Origin: Bigelowiella natans CCMP2755
Lineage: Eukaryota; Protista; Cercozoa
DNA: 64,000 nt
Assembly (NCBI GenBank): GCA_000320545.1
Contig: ADNK01000035.1
Location: 1-64,000 of the forward strand
Direction: 5' to 3'
Below the pieces are notes generated by a model. That model had not been told where the DNA came from, did no database searches, and saw nothing but the letters and a program-made list of their open reading frames with translations. Position 1 is the first letter of the stretch, and every line of letters begins with the position of its first letter. Shown here one piece after another: positions 1-12,181 of the stretch. The position numbers and the translations under genes were made by a program.

Positions 1-493
1 TGTTTATATCGTCCATAAGGAGCAAGGGCTGGAGCGTGAGTGATAAGGACATCATTCGATCGTTTCGGCGTTTGTCAATCCTCGTGCATCCCGACAAGCA
101 AAAGGTGGTGTGTAGTAGGAGAAAGGAAAGCGACGCTGCTGCTGCCGCTGTGCTACTAAGAGCTGGGCGGAGTATGAGCAGATGCAATGTGTGTATAAAA
201 CAAACGCTCGATGCACACGCATGTAAGATATTATTCCTCTGCTTTCAGTATGAAATCTTCCCCACGACGAAGGGGGCAGCAATGAGCTCCTTTGTTGTGC
301 GTAGAATTTCTGTACACAACAGGGGTGTGTGTGCATGTTGGCAGTCGCCAAGGCTATTGCTATCGTCGATATCCGTGCCTGCAGCTGTCAAATGCAGATA
401 GTAGTATGATGAGCCTTGTGTATGCGTGAATCAGAACAACCCAGTCATGTATAAGAAAGCTACAGAAGCTTTCAAGGTAGTTCTTGTGAGATG

Positions 494-538
<45 letters not shown>

Positions 539-2272
539 AAATTATATATAGTAATATCCGCTAAAGCAACGGCATGAAACATCCAAGATAAACGAGTCGT
601 GAAAGCAAGCTAATAACTGCAGATACTGCGAACGGCACAAGGAAAATTGCTTGAATTCTCCAAAAATGCAGTCAAGATCGAGCCGCAGCAACAGTGCGTA
701 CAAAAAAGTGTCATCTGTAGAATATGAAGATTGTGAGAGAAACGACGCATATCCATCGAATCGTATCTTCCTGAATACGACAATACGAAAATGGGGTTAT
801 TGTTTCATCATGGGATAATTCCACCAGTGCAAAATGATGATTTCTTAGAATCATGTCGGTTGGGATTTTGGCGTTTGTCCGGGGAAGGAGGTTGTGATCA
901 CATTAGTAACGTATGCTATTCTCAATAGGGAGCAGGAGATAATACGTGACAAAAAGCAAGTCCTTGAGGAGCTCGCAAGACGTGTAGATCAGTACGAAAA
1001 ACTGCCAGCATGCTGTTATCTTGATCTTCTGTTTAGAATTTAGCTAGTAGTATACGCCTGCGAAGAGAAGCCTCCCAATTGCCATTGTAGGCGCCAGCAG
1101 CCAATTTGTTCGTTTTTCTTTTTGTGATTTTCTTCTTCTTCTTCTTCTTCTTCTTCTTCTCTGATGAATCTAGGTATGAGATGGACCAAACCCGCAATGA
1201 GAAGAACATGGTCTTCGTGAACGAGGATGTACTTATATCTTCTAACACCAATTCTTGTGAGAATATTAAAGCATCGACTCGATGAGAAGATTAATGTTAA
1301 TATTTGATGTCGTCGCCAATGCCCATTCAGGGCGCCAAAGTGGTAGCAGGAGAACAACTTCAAAACGCAAATGTGACGCAGGATCCGACCTGGAGAAATG
1401 CTCAGAAAGTAAGCAGCTGATATTGATGGTGGTGGTGGTGGTGGTGATGATGATGATGTAGACTATCGTGTGAAGAATCATGCGGGGACTATTGAAAACA
1501 TGAAGAGTGAGAATCATCATGAGAAAGCCCTAGATATATCATTTGGCTTGGATGTAGGTTGCAAAGTCAGAGCGTTTTCGTGACATGATGGGAGACGACG
1601 ATGCGGCTCTCCTCCAAGAAATTCAACGAAATAGAGCGGATAATCATGCTGCTGATATTCATGATGACAGCGATGGGAATAACCCTCCTTGCTGTGATGA
1701 TAATAATCCTGGCGATGGTGGAGACGGAAGGAGGAGGGTCGGTGAACATGGGGAGGAAGTGCAGCCAACAGATGCTGCATCAGTTGGCTCGGTCAAAACG
1801 GAACAACCTCACAATTCTCCCACAGCTGCCGCTGTTGTTGATGACGATGAAAATACGGCTCTGGGTCACGCCGACACAGTTACAGGAGAGAATTCAAATA
1901 TGGAGCAGGAGAAGGAGGAGGGGGAGGAGGGGGAAGGGTACTGGGTTGAATACGTCCCTGAGGGAGGTGGGAATAGCACATACAAGTACATGAAAGGGCG
2001 CCCACCTGAAGATGCCGAATTCGGGTATGCATATGTGGACACCGATGAAATGGAGGCGGGGAAAGAGGCCAGCAAGAACTTGGTCTCAGAAGGCGGCGGT
2101 GAATTGGACGACCTGCTGAACGACTACGATGATTCTGTTGTCGAAGGGAGGCATCATCGCAGTCGGGAAAAAAAGCATCATGGTACATCATGGCAGATAG
2201 ATTCATTTCAGAAACATGGGGACTATCACGATGATGATGATGATGATGATAATGATGATGATGGTGATGATA

Positions 2273-2307
<35 letters not shown>

Positions 2308-2595
2308 TGAAGGGCAAGCAGAAGCTATTCTGTCCTTCAAGTAGTCAGTGAGCCTCTTCCCTGAGCCTGCGGAACGTGCATTATCAATAAATACACACAC
2401 ACACACACATACACACACACACACACACATAACCCATACCCATGCCCAATGTTGCTCACATTTTCCTCAGGATCACGCAATTTGTTCTCAAAATTTGATG
2501 AGGAGGGGAAGTACTCTAGAAAAAGAGATGCGCTATTTCGGAAAGCCGGAGTTGTTCCGGGAGGTGGCATTGAAATTGAAGGAGAGGACGAATAG
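1..2595 (+). CDS. DnaJ/J-domain protein with acidic low-complexity C-terminal half (multi-exon, 5' end outside the window)
   Basis: Spliced exons read SDKDIIRSFRRLSILVHPDKQK|NNPVMYKKATEAFK|ILRTAQ (HPD motif and helix III). An acidic ORF lies at 1585-2180, and a terminal exon at 2471-2595 ends ...GGIEIEGEDE*. Joining all of these into one gene is inferred. Confidence 0.65.
2230..2306. repeat. (GAT)n microsatellite, one example of many intronic/intergenic microsatellites (TA, CA/TG, TAC, CTT, GA)
   Basis: Direct sequence. Others lie at ~497, 1131, 2394, 12140, 13044, 16165, 20701, 20783, 22087, 27739, 54157, 57041, 57330, 57641 and 59762. Confidence 0.95.
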
Positions 2596-2600
2596 AAACG

Positions 2601-2800
2601 ATGAGTGACCCCGTTGAACATGTGTGCACATGTGCATGCATGCTGTGCTGCATGTGCGCACGAGCAGCGATGAACTTCACATGCAAGTGTGTTTTGCCTC
2701 ATGGAACTTTGTTCGGATTGTGGATGCAAACATGTGCGCTGTGCTGCGGCTGCACACGTGCCAGCGTGGCCAGCCCTGTTGCTCCACAAAAGCAGTCTAG

Positions 2801-2836
<36 letters not shown>

Positions 2837-3920
2837 CATGCAAGCCAGCAGGGCTGCGCCATTTGGCCATGTCGCAGAACCCATCATTGCCTTCAATGGA
2901 CAAGCCAAGCAAGACTCACGTGCGCACGTGTTGCACCAAGCTAGCAAGCTCTCATCCAACACGAAGCGGAAAAAGCCTGAAATCAAAATTGTGCAGCCAA
3001 GTTCCAGAGACCAGCAGGATTTGGATGATGGCACACTGGCTGTCATGGAGCATTGTGACTAGCAGCAACGATGTTTTTGTGTGAAGTGATGTTTGTTTCC
3101 AATGGTGATCTGCCAGAGATTCGTGTGGCAAGAGTGCAAGAATTCTCCACGCTGCTTCGCCAAATCGTGCTGATGTGAATCACACCTGCCATCTGCTCAA
3201 ATTTTCCATTTTTCACGCAATGAGAACAATGATGAAAAACTGCATTTCCAAAGTGTGACGAGACACTTGCAGTGTGCGAAATGCAGTGCATCACTTCTGT
3301 TCGGACAATGAACAATGAACAATGATGACAAACCACATTTCCAAAATGCAACAAGACATTTGCAGTGTGCGAAACGCAGTGCCTCGAGCTAAATCTAGCG
3401 AGGTCCAATTTTGGGCATGACGCGGAAATGGGATCGATCATCAAGTTTGAACAATGAACAATGAACAATGAACAAAGCGTTGATCAAAAACTACATGCGC
3501 CAGAACCACATGGGAGACAGGCATTTGCACGCAGCAGAGCCTCAACAACACTCGTTGCAAGGACTTGTCAGCACCCTGTTGGTGAAGAGACACAAAAAAT
3601 CAGCTGCAACCCATCAGAGGCACACTCCAAGGCTGCGTGAAGGGATGAGAACACCATGGCCACTCATCTGAAATGCCGGAGACGGAACAAGGGATGAAAT
3701 TGGCATGGATGCCGATTGATGGTGCCGTTGCAATGTGAATTGATTGGAACTAAAGCTGGCATCTTGGATGCCGAACAGCAGCAAAATTGTCAAGCAGGAC
3801 AATGGTTCGACGGAAAGCCCTGTTGAAGAAACAATGAAACAATGTCTTTCTTTCGTTCTTTCGGTGAACAAACGCAGAGCGACTGGAATGACGAACTAAC
3901 TGATCAACTAACAACAGTGG
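2601..3920. other. TpA-depleted tract (decayed repeat or relic sequence)
   Basis: By eye there are about 9 TA dinucleotides in 1.3 kb, all in CTA context, with a strong excess of TGCA/CATG/GCAC and short AATGAAC repeats near 3307 and 3452. Confidence 0.85.
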
Positions 3921-4663
3921 CTTTGTCTTGTAACGGACATCATTGCGAAATTTGGGCAACAATTTCTAGACTTTTAGGCCAACAAAATTTAGTCGTCATC
4001 AAAGGTGGTGTGAGACTTCTAAACTAGTAGAAACTCATCTCATTCAACTAGATCTACAGAAGTTGATAGCATGACATTTTGTCCATATTGGCTAACTATT
4101 GGTTTGCCAGTAAATGCATATTGTGGTCAAAAGGCGGTCAATATTTTACCTTGCGAAAACAAGAAGAAGAAGGAGAAGAAGAAGAAGAACAACAACAACA
4201 ACAACAACAACATGTCCGCCCTCAGCAAGAAGGGACAAAGCTATCGCTGCGGAGTCTACACGTAGGGGAGACCGTTCCTTCGTGAAGGTTTCTGCAAATG
4301 GCTATTTCCCGAAGGCATTCTTCGATGTTTTACACGGTGCAGCACGTTTGCTGCGGAGGTCTTAGATGAGCCCCAGGTGGCAACCCTCGACATGTCACAA
4401 CGCTCTGTTCTATGTGCAATTCCAACTGAACGATGCCGTTGATAATATTTATTGTTTACTTTATATCGTTTGGTAGAATATTCGTTTTCAATCCTGTTGG
4501 GGCAGGGATAGGACCTTCAGTGCCAATTTTCCTTCTGAATGCAGTTGTGCTGGCAGCTGGGGCGTCGTCTGCATCTTGGTAATAATTTTCACCATCTTTT
4601 TCGGTACAGTTTAATGAAATTACCTCATCAAAGTTATAATGCACCTCAAAACCAATTACCCAC

Positions 4664-5428
4664 ATGCTTGTGTGCAGGAGAAACAATACAAACTCACAAA
4701 ACTCATCTTTCTTGCTTAGGAACCAAAATTCGCCGCCCAGTACCTCAAATTTCTCCATTCTTCCGCAGCCTCCAAACAGCGTGCTCGCCAAAGAGGCACC
4801 ATTTGATGTCAGGTCCAGAATCCATAGCAAATATACGTGCTATCAATGTTTCCTACCATTTCGCTCCGAAATTCTGTTGAAGGAGCATGTACGCAGCGTA
4901 CATGAGCCCCATCAATGCATCATGTGCAGAAGTAGATTTCGATCTGTGGGAGCGTTAAAAGTACACATCCAAAAGCATAAAAAAGAAATATTATCGAAAC
5001 GTATTTCGATGTCTGGCATGGAAAAGCGAGCACGTGTGATGGGGGGACCGTTCGCATGCCCATTTTGCCAGAAAGGCTTTGCGAATAAGATGAAGTTAGT
5101 GCATGGTCATCTAGCTCGTCATTTAGATCTTCGCAAGTTTTTTTGCGATGTCTGTGGGAAATCGTACACTCAAAAGGCATCACTCCCGGGGCATAGGAAG
5201 ACTCACATGGGATGGAGGTTTCAGAAATGTCCGAATTGTGGAGAAACAGCGCGACTGAAAAACCTTTCCATCGCAGACTCTCGTCAATCGAAATTGCGAT
5301 GTTCATGGTGCATAAAGAAACTCAGGATCATTACTGACAAAAATTTGGAGGATTTAAAGGATTTGAAGAAGATGAATGCCAAACCGAATCGAGGATTTCC
5401 GCACTACATGCCTGAGTACAACAAATGA
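4664..5428 (+). CDS. C2H2 zinc-finger protein with C-terminal CxxC...CxxC module
   Basis: Four C2H2 fingers (CYQC..HVRSVH, CIMC..HIQKH, CPFC..HLARH, CDVC..HRKTH) are followed by GWRFQKCPNCGET...LRCSWC. The ORF has no intron. Confidence 0.9.
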   Translation: MLVCRRNNTNSQNSSFLLRNQNSPPSTSNFSILPQPPNSVLAKEAPFDVRSRIHSKYTCYQCFLPFRSEILLKEHVRSVHEPHQCIMCRSRFRSVGALKVHIQKHKKEILSKRISMSGMEKRARVMGGPFACPFCQKGFANKMKLVHGHLARHLDLRKFFCDVCGKSYTQKASLPGHRKTHMGWRFQKCPNCGETARLKNLSIADSRQSKLRCSWCIKKLRIITDKNLEDLKDLKKMNAKPNRGFPHYMPEYNK

Positions 5429-6104
5429 TCAAACATCCTACACGAGTGAAAAAACTATCTCATGATGCAGCATGGCACCTTGCACATCTTCGTGCGCATA
5501 TTCTGTGTGATGCCTCGTTACATTGGCAACAATATTGTAGCATGTAGACATCTTCGCATGCACCTCTGTCACTAATATTAATGGATGGATGTGATGTACA
5601 CGACAGCAGTACTGCTAGAGTAGAGCATGCACTCACGATGGCACTCTGTGCAGCCAGTTCTTGATTGTGCATGCATCCCATGATTCGATCATCATGTGAT
5701 CATTGTACGCACGTTTCATGCCACAGAATGATAAATGATTATATGATGGAGAATTTTGTGTCGCCATGCGCATCGCTCTCATATTGACAGCGCATTATGC
5801 GCTCATCACCGACTACCACAGCACGGCAGCGGCCGATTGATCGTCGGGACAAGCTCAATCCTAGTTCATCATCATGATGTACACAACAATGTGAAGCCTT
5901 GGCTACAACCGACATGGAGCCACAACAAGGGATCATCGTGGGGTTGTCACATTTGAATGACACGTGCGGCGTAGGGAGATGAAGGTTGCGTGGGAACGCC
6001 GATGAACATGCGCGATATCGTGATCAATGCGCGCGATTCGTCCCCCGACTCGTTCCCCAACACGGAGCAGAGAGAGTTGGTGCTCGACGTCGCAATGACA
6101 CCAC

Positions 6105-7418
6105 TTATTGTCCATAATAAGCTGGGGATATTTCTTGGATTTCCACGACCATTTCAACCGTTGCACCTGAAGGGACACGTTCGCCCCCCGGTAGCGACAC
6201 GCCTTCCTCCCCGAATGCCAATTCCGGTGGAATGATGAGCTTACGAACGCCTCCCCTCTTCATGCTGACCACACCTTCCTCTAGCCCTTCACACTGGAGG
6301 CCCTGGAAAGGACGCTTCCCAAACACAAATGCGATCGGGCGACCTAATTATTGATTGATAACAAAACAAAACAAAAAACGGCAAAACCACAACCGCCATG
6401 GGCTTATATTTTGTAATATGAATTTTTATATGTAAACGCAAACGCACACTCAGACACAAGTTATATTTTGTTTATTTATTGAAAGAAAAAGTGGAAAGAA
6501 TGCAAGGTTACTATTAGACACAACGAAGTACTACCGCGCTTTTTTGTGTCCAGCAATAGTGTACCGTCGACTGAGACAGTCATTTGAACACCAACAAAGT
6601 CTCCCTTTGTGGGGCCCTTCCCTCCGCCCACTTTTATGTCGGTGTATGTAAGTCCTGACGCCGTCGATATCTGTCACAGTTATCATCGTGAGAATCAGAG
6701 CAGACATACAGGCGTTTCGCAATAAAAAGTTATATACAACGCATCAGTATCAGCATCAGATATGTGCATTTTCATCCATAAACTTACGAATACACTACGG
6801 ACATACGCATAAATGTGCACGGCTACACACCGGTACACCGCTTGCTTCCTTCTTTGTGAGATCCTCGAGAGCCGCCTTGCCAATCTCGTAGCCTTCAACT
6901 CCAGCTAACAGCGCGATGAAGCCTAGTGCCCCTTTGAATCCAACCTGCGTGGATGAATGGTTTTCGATATTATCATTATATATCTATATGCACGCCAAAA
7001 GGTGTGTGAAGGTCTGTACCCGACGCGTGATGAACCTGCTCGCCGTAGCCACGGGGTCATAGAAGTTGACTTTGCCCACACCAGGGGACTTGCGAGAGGA
7101 TGTTTCAGCCTCCTCCGCCTTTTCACCCTCAATCTTTTCCCCGCTGTCGCCCGCCGAATTCCCAGAGCACCAGCAGCGAAAGGCAGCTGGTTTCTGGCTA
7201 GCTATGAGCCCGGTGCCGACGCGAGTGCATGGCCGGAGGGGCACCATTCGTCCAACATTTTGGCGAGTGGAGGGGAGAGATCCGATGTTGTGATGATGCA
7301 GATCATCGACGGGAGTTAGAGCGAGCGCGACGAGCGCAACAGCTCCTGCGACGAGTACTACCAGCAGAGAAGAAGCAGCGACGTATCGTCGGAACCCCAT
7401 CACTCTCCCAAGTGTCAT
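6105..7418 (-). CDS. FKBP-type peptidyl-prolyl isomerase, plastid/thylakoid FKBP17-like, 4 exons
   Basis: Leader MTLGRVMGFRRYVAASSLLVVLVAGAVALVALA, then DPVATASRFITRR|VGFKGALGFIALLAG, SGLTYTDIKVGGGKGPTKGDFVGV and GLEEGVVSMKRGGVRKLIIPPELAFGEEG. Confidence 0.9.
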
Positions 7419-7876
7419 CTCGGAGCCGGCGTGAGAAATCGAGAAGGATCTCCAGATCTCTGATCTTGCCGTTGGACGTGAGTTCATATGTTGTCGTCCT
7501 GACGAGTTCGTTCGATTCGCCGTCTGTGTGGTGCAAGCGGTTGTTCTGGTGGTGATTTCACATCAGAGGGATTGGGGAAAATCAGAGAAAGCACTTTTTT
7601 AGTTAAGAATTACATTGAAAACATCTGAAATTTGAGGAACTACGCACGAGGAGTCACTGGCCCATATCAAAAGAAAAATTTGACCATCTGGTCATGATGT
7701 CGTATCAGGATGGAAGTTTTTCGCGTGAAAATAATTCTCCTCACACGTAGAGCAAAGTGCGAAACCTCAGAGAATTCATCCATCCAAAATGCGGCGGGTG
7801 GAGAACAGGAGCGAATAAAGCAGACCTCTGCACATTGGATGTTAACGAAGCTTGAAACTCACTGACTGGAAAGCAA

Positions 7877-10442
7877 ATGCCTCCCCTAGGAAGGAAAATC
7901 GCAGGTACATTTTAGAACTCAGAACGAATGTGGAAAATGGGTTCGTGCTTACTCGCATGCTGATGTTCCTATTTCAGGGCGGGTACGTGGCGGACCTGAT
8001 CCGATGGTTATCGCAATCTTAGTCGTCGCCACTTCTCATCTTCCATCAAATGGCCAGAAGCTTCATGCATCTTACCCAAACTCAAAGCTCTCATCTACCT
8101 GCCAACTAAATCGGCTTCGGGGGGGCAGTGGGAGTGTAGAAGACGCTCTCAGATCGGCACGAGCAGCCGCAGCGTCTTCATTAGCAAACGGTAATTCTGA
8201 TCACCAACCTATGGAGGCCACCTACTCAGGTAATCCAGCGTATTATTCTGGAACTCGTCTAGGAAATGCCCCAAGAAATTTCGACCAATCGGGGGGTGGG
8301 TATTCAGAGGCTCAAGCACAGAATCCCAGTTTTGCGAGTATGTTTGCAGCCCAGGCATTTGGCTCCCAAAACTACCAGATGCTTGGTGGATACCAGGAAC
8401 GCTCCAGAAACGCTTTCAATGAACGATCGTCACAGGAACGAATGGCTACTGGACACTCATTTTCATCAGAAAGATCGTGGAAGGACCGTGATGGGAAAAG
8501 TCAATCGGGGGGGGATATGATGAGAGGAAGAGGAAGGTATGGTGGGAATGGGGGTCGCGTTACTAGGCGCAATCGCAGTTTAGATGATCGGCGCAACGGC
8601 GGCCGGGATTCAGGGGGGAAATGGAACCATGGGGGCAGCTTCCGGGATAAAAGTGCAGCTGAAGGTCGAAACGCGGACTCTATGGACTGGAAAACAGGAA
8701 CACGCTATGGTTCTTCGTATCAACGGAGTTCTCACAGAGATTACGATGGTGCCGATGATCGCCGAACGGGTGGCCGATATCATCGAGAGCGTGGACGATT
8801 TGATAGATATGAAAGGGGGAACTACAACAGAGAATCGGATAGAGGTAGAGGGAGGAGACCTGAATTCGATGATTTCTTGGGAAGCTTCAATGATGCAGAT
8901 TTCACACAGAACAGTCTGCCGCAAATTGTACGCAACTTATACCACGAAGCACCAAGAGTCGCGCAAATGACTGAGCAGGAAAAGGATATGCTACTGAATG
9001 AAAATCGGATTGTTGTACGCACACCCCGAGGATTTTCGGGCGAAATTCCCAATCCGATTCCCGATTTCGAAAGCACAGGGTTACCCTTCGACATAGCCGA
9101 GAGGTGTCAAAAGAAAGGATTTAAGGCTCCAACTCCTATTCAGATGCAGTCGTGGCCGGTGGCCATGTCTGGGAAAGATCTTCTTGGATTAGCACAGACG
9201 GGATCTGGAAAGACCCTCGCATACGCATTACCTTCGATTGTGCACCTACGCGGACAACCTCAATACCCTGAGAATTATCCGAAAGGCCCGACAGTCTTGG
9301 TCCTGGCCCCCACAAGAGAATTAGCGCAACAGATTGAGAAAGAGTACAAGGATTTCGGGGCAAAGGCGCCTTCCTCACGATTTCTCTCGCGAGGCACGCC
9401 AACAGTCGCGGCAGTCTTCGGCGGCGCCCCCAGATACTACCAATCACGTGAGCTGAGACTAGGGACCGAGATATTAGTTGCCTGCCCAGGGAGATTACTT
9501 GACTTCATACAGAATAAGGAAGTGGGTCTGGCACGTGTCACGTATCTGGTGCTAGATGAGGCTGATAGAATGCTGGATATGGGATTCGAGCCCCAGATTC
9601 TAAAGATTCTTGGACAAGTAAGACCCGATCGCCAGGTGTTATTCTTCAGTGCAACATGGCCTAAGGAAGTGCAGTCGTTAGCCCGAAAGATCTTGAGAGA
9701 CCCCGTCACCATACAAATTGGGGACACATCGTTGAAGGCGTCTTTGGATGTAAAGCAAACTGTCCACTTTATAGACGAGTATGACAAGCCTCACCATATA
9801 TTGCGCATTCTCCAGGGACTCCAAATGGGAGTACGAGTGCTAGTGTTTGTGGAAACAAAGAGGACAGCAGAAGATGTCCTTCAAAATTTCGTCGCTGCGG
9901 GGATTTCTGCGGCCACGTTGCATGGAGATAAAAGCCAGCGTGAACGTAACCTTGCACTGAAGAATTTCCGATCAAACAGGATCTCGGTGTTGATTGCGTC
10001 AGATGTGGCTGCAAGGGGCCTAGATGTCAAGGGAATCAAAATTGTTATTAATTACGACATGCCAAAAGACATCGCAACCTATGTGCACCGGATTGGTAGG
10101 ACAGGCAGAGCAGGGGAAAGCGGTCTTGCAATATCTTTTATAACTCCAGAATATCGACTCACGGGCGACCTCAGTAGGATCTTCGAAGAGTCAGGCCAGC
10201 CAATTCCGCCTGGGCTGCAACGATACTTTCGCGGAGGATTTCCGTATACTGATATTACGCCAGAGCTTGAGATGGAATGGAAGCAAATCAAAGGCGATGA
10301 AATTCCATCAGGAGATGTGTACTCGAATAGTAGAAGGGGGGATTGGGGACGAGGATCACAATACTCGAGAGGCTATGGATATGATGCACCTGGTGGTAGG
10401 AGCCACACCAGCAGTAATTACGGGAGGTGGCATGGATCATGA
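7877..10442 (+). CDS. DEAD-box RNA helicase, DBP2/DDX5-like, with hydrophobic N-terminal leader and RG-rich region
   Basis: Motifs FKAPTPIQ, AQTGSGKT, PTRELAQQ, LDEADRMLDMGFEPQI, SAT and HRIGRTGRAG. A short first exon at 7877-7904 and a GT-AG intron at 7905-7977 are in frame with ORF 8004-10442. Confidence 0.95.
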
Positions 10443-10829
10443 AAGATTTTTGCTAGGATGATCAATTGGAGAGGAACCACTTAGAGCACGAAGGTTTTTG
10501 ATTTCCTACCTTGGTGGAGCTTTGTAGAGGTTACGACATATTTCTACGGTTGAGGATATAATTCTCTCGCTTCTTGTGATTCACATTAATTGCAGAATAA
10601 AATTTCAGTATCTGCACGGATGCACAGAAGCTGTTTGATGCAGATCGTCAATCGTTTGTGGCGCCAATAAATATGTTGCCTAGTTTGCATAAAGCTGGCG
10701 CACGACAAAATTATCGTACACACGGCTGCTACGACAATGTAAATTATCATATATAAATATTATATATATATATATATATATATATGTGCGTGTGTGTGTG
10801 TGTGTATGCTGCCGAGCGTCATACGCACG

Positions 10830-11750
10830 TGGCGATATCGCAGTAGGAGCAAACGTGGCCGCTAGTCTCTCATCTTAACTGAGACCAGCAGCATGCTATG
10901 CAAGGTTATGCAGCTGTGGACTCAACCCGGAAGAACCACATTTGTTTCGGTCGGGGCCACACTTTTCAGATCTAGAGATGCCCGTCGGGGACTTTCATCT
11001 CCCCCCTTCCGCTGCCCATGAAGGGATCGTGGATGGGTGTCAACATCGGTTCATCACCCCGGAGTTCCGATCCAGCATGACAGCTGGTCTCTTGGCCGAT
11101 GATCGGTCCCCCAATAACGTCTTGGAGGCACAGCAACATCACATGCACAGTGCGTGACATCATGCACATGCTAGCATGGCATTGCATGTCCATCATTGTG
11201 CTGCAAGATTTGCTTGAAGCTAAGCACCAGAGCATGCTACGTGATGAATGTTGGCTAGAGCTGGAGAGCCTACGCTGTGGCACTACTGGCTAGACTAGTG
11301 CCAGGGACATGTGTTCGTAAACGGTCATGTCATGCTCTAGTGCTGCAGAACATTTGAATAATAAAGCACGCACATTTGCATCACAGAAATCAAACATGCC
11401 ATTGCAAACACATGAGGATGACCATTGAACAAATTTGATTTGATTAGATTCATTACATCCGTCTTGCAAACACACGCACACATGTTCTGTTCATCAGGGA
11501 CATGTGTCCCTAAATGGCGATGCTCATTTGTTCTAGACTTATTGCACGCGATGGCGCGCTGCGCGCATGCAAGACGGATGTACTGAATCAATTAAATTTG
11601 TTCAATGGTCATCCTCATGTACCTGTGCAATGCAGCGGCTACATGTAGTGCACAGAACTAGACAAATTATTCGCTGCCATGTCACCCGCCTTGCCGTAGC
11701 GAAAAGAAATTGAATGCGAACAAATGATCAGTCAGTGGCTCCCGCTCGCA
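10830..11750. other. Partly TpA-depleted intergenic tract containing two inverted copies of the dispersed repeat
   Basis: Rich in CATG/TGCA/CTAG. Repeat copies lie at about 11411-11465 (-) and 11571-11645 (+). Confidence 0.7.
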
Positions 11751-11984
11751 GGAAGAATTTTTTACTTCCATTGGAAATCACTGCTCTGCACCTAAAAATT
11801 GTAGACGCCCTTTGCAAGGCTGGTCTATAAGATTTGCGTGCATCCATGTTTACCGACTCGTTTCAATCGAAATTAATCCTTCATTTGTTTCTCATTATAC
11901 ATGAGGCATTCATTTACTCATATCATGCATATATATTAGACTTCCTATCTTCGTTTTCGATTTTTAAAATGACGTAAGCTCAAG

Positions 11985-12138
11985 TCAGAGTGGACGTTTA
12001 TTGGGTCTGCCCACGGATCGGGGATATTTCATTGGAGTTGCAGAAACCTGACAAAAATGCAACATGTACAGAAATTTGCTCTTGCGGAAGACGTAAAAAT
12101 ATATACATGTGTATATTATATATAAATACTAAAATAGA

Positions 12139-12181
<43 letters not shown>

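Noticed and set aside
1880-2430. Poly-His, poly-Ile and (CV)n/(HT)n/(YI)n ORFs here and throughout the window
   Set aside because: They are translations of microsatellites in introns or antisense to real exons.
2601-3920. CpG methylation/deamination or classical RIP as the cause of the TG/CA excess
   Set aside because: CpG remains frequent in the tracts, TA is lost rather than gained, and the aligned repeat copies show TA->CA/TG.
4071-4365. Short ORFs upstream of the first ZnF gene
   Set aside because: They are dominated by AAG/AAC repeats. I could not establish a splice link to 4664 or any homology.
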